Part shown: positions 63,664 to 64,000 of the stretch, piece after piece
How the letters are laid out: the number at the start of each line of letters is the position of its first letter
Position numbering within the stretch: position 1 is the stretch's first letter
Virus record (IMG/VR): IMGVR_UViG_3300029288_000174
Coordinates: 1,263-65,262 of that record
Source: a virus
Lineage: Duplodnaviria > Caudoviricetes
Strand: one strand, 5' to 3'
Length of the DNA: 64,000 nt
Notes under the pieces: model-generated
What the model was told of the DNA's origin: nothing
Databases searched by the model: none
The model's input: only the letters and a program-made list of their open reading frames with translations
Made by a program: the position numbers and the translations under genes

Positions 63664-64000
63664 ATGGCGTTCTATCTCCGTAAGTCTTTCAATTTCGGGC
63701 CGCTTCGCATCAACCTATCGAAATCTGGTATAGGGCTGTCGTTTGGTGTCACCGGGTTGCGGGTTGGGGTCAAGCCCGATGGTCAACGGTACGTCCATGC
63801 CGGCCGAAAGGGCATTTACTACAGAAAAAGCCTCGGAAAGCGACACAAACCGGCTCCGGTGCTTGAATCGCCACGACCACGATGGCTGCCGCCGTCGGAC
63901 ATCGAGTTTCCCGAAGAGATTTACCAACCAAAGGAAACAGCCCAAGATTTCGGTGAAGAGCCAATCCGCACCACGTTTGCTTGGCTCTGGGGGAAAATTC
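63664..64000 (+). CDS. DUF4236 domain protein (runs off the window end)
   Basis: MAFYLRKSFNFGPLRINLSKSGIGLSFGVTGLRVG...GIYYRKSL. Confidence 0.9.
   Translation, partial: MAFYLRKSFNFGPLRINLSKSGIGLSFGVTGLRVGVKPDGQRYVHAGRKGIYYRKSLGKRHKPAPVLESPRPRWLPPSDIEFPEEIYQPKETAQDFGEEPIRTTFAWLWGKI

Noticed and set aside
1-64000. Stop-codon reassignment
   Set aside because: Core genes are full length in code 11 and use all three stop codons at coupled junctions

Overview
The window holds almost the whole genome of a temperate, GC-rich, non-contractile-tailed phage. The host is most likely a planctomycete, judged from an SHD1-type exported protein, CsrA, the tRNA-Pro fragment and the integrase C-terminus style. 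The left end contains the last 55 codons of a tyrosine integrase. These are followed by what looks like an intact attP: a 5' half of tRNA-Pro(GGG) with arm-type TGGTTCCG repeats on both sides, so the sequence looks like the excised/circular form. Next come a + strand immunity/lysogenic cassette and a small XRE moron (0.7-4.1 kb). One long minus-strand late operon runs terS, terL, portal, MuF, DUF2213 protease/scaffold, decoration, capsid, head-tail genes, a ~10 kb envelope/lysis-like insert, tail tube, frameshifted chaperone, tape measure, tail-tip paralogs and a 1,891-aa fibre. It ends in a translationally coupled six-gene glycosylation/rare-sugar locus. The minus-strand early operon (44.4-63.1 kb) carries recombination, replication, DNA-modification and many small genes. 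Its leader contains tRNA-like structures, and the divergent switch has no recognisable CI. Highlights: (i) a probable virion-glycosylation system with its own 4-amino-4,6-dideoxy-sugar pathway; (ii) a giant fibre built from homologous domains nested inside each other; (iii) tRNA-like RNAs in the early leader, possibly RNA-based immunity; (iv) a two-frame, two-subunit C5-methyltransferase; (v) a peptidase/thioredoxin/CAP cassette where an endolysin would be expected. All family assignments are by eye from motifs; no searches were run.
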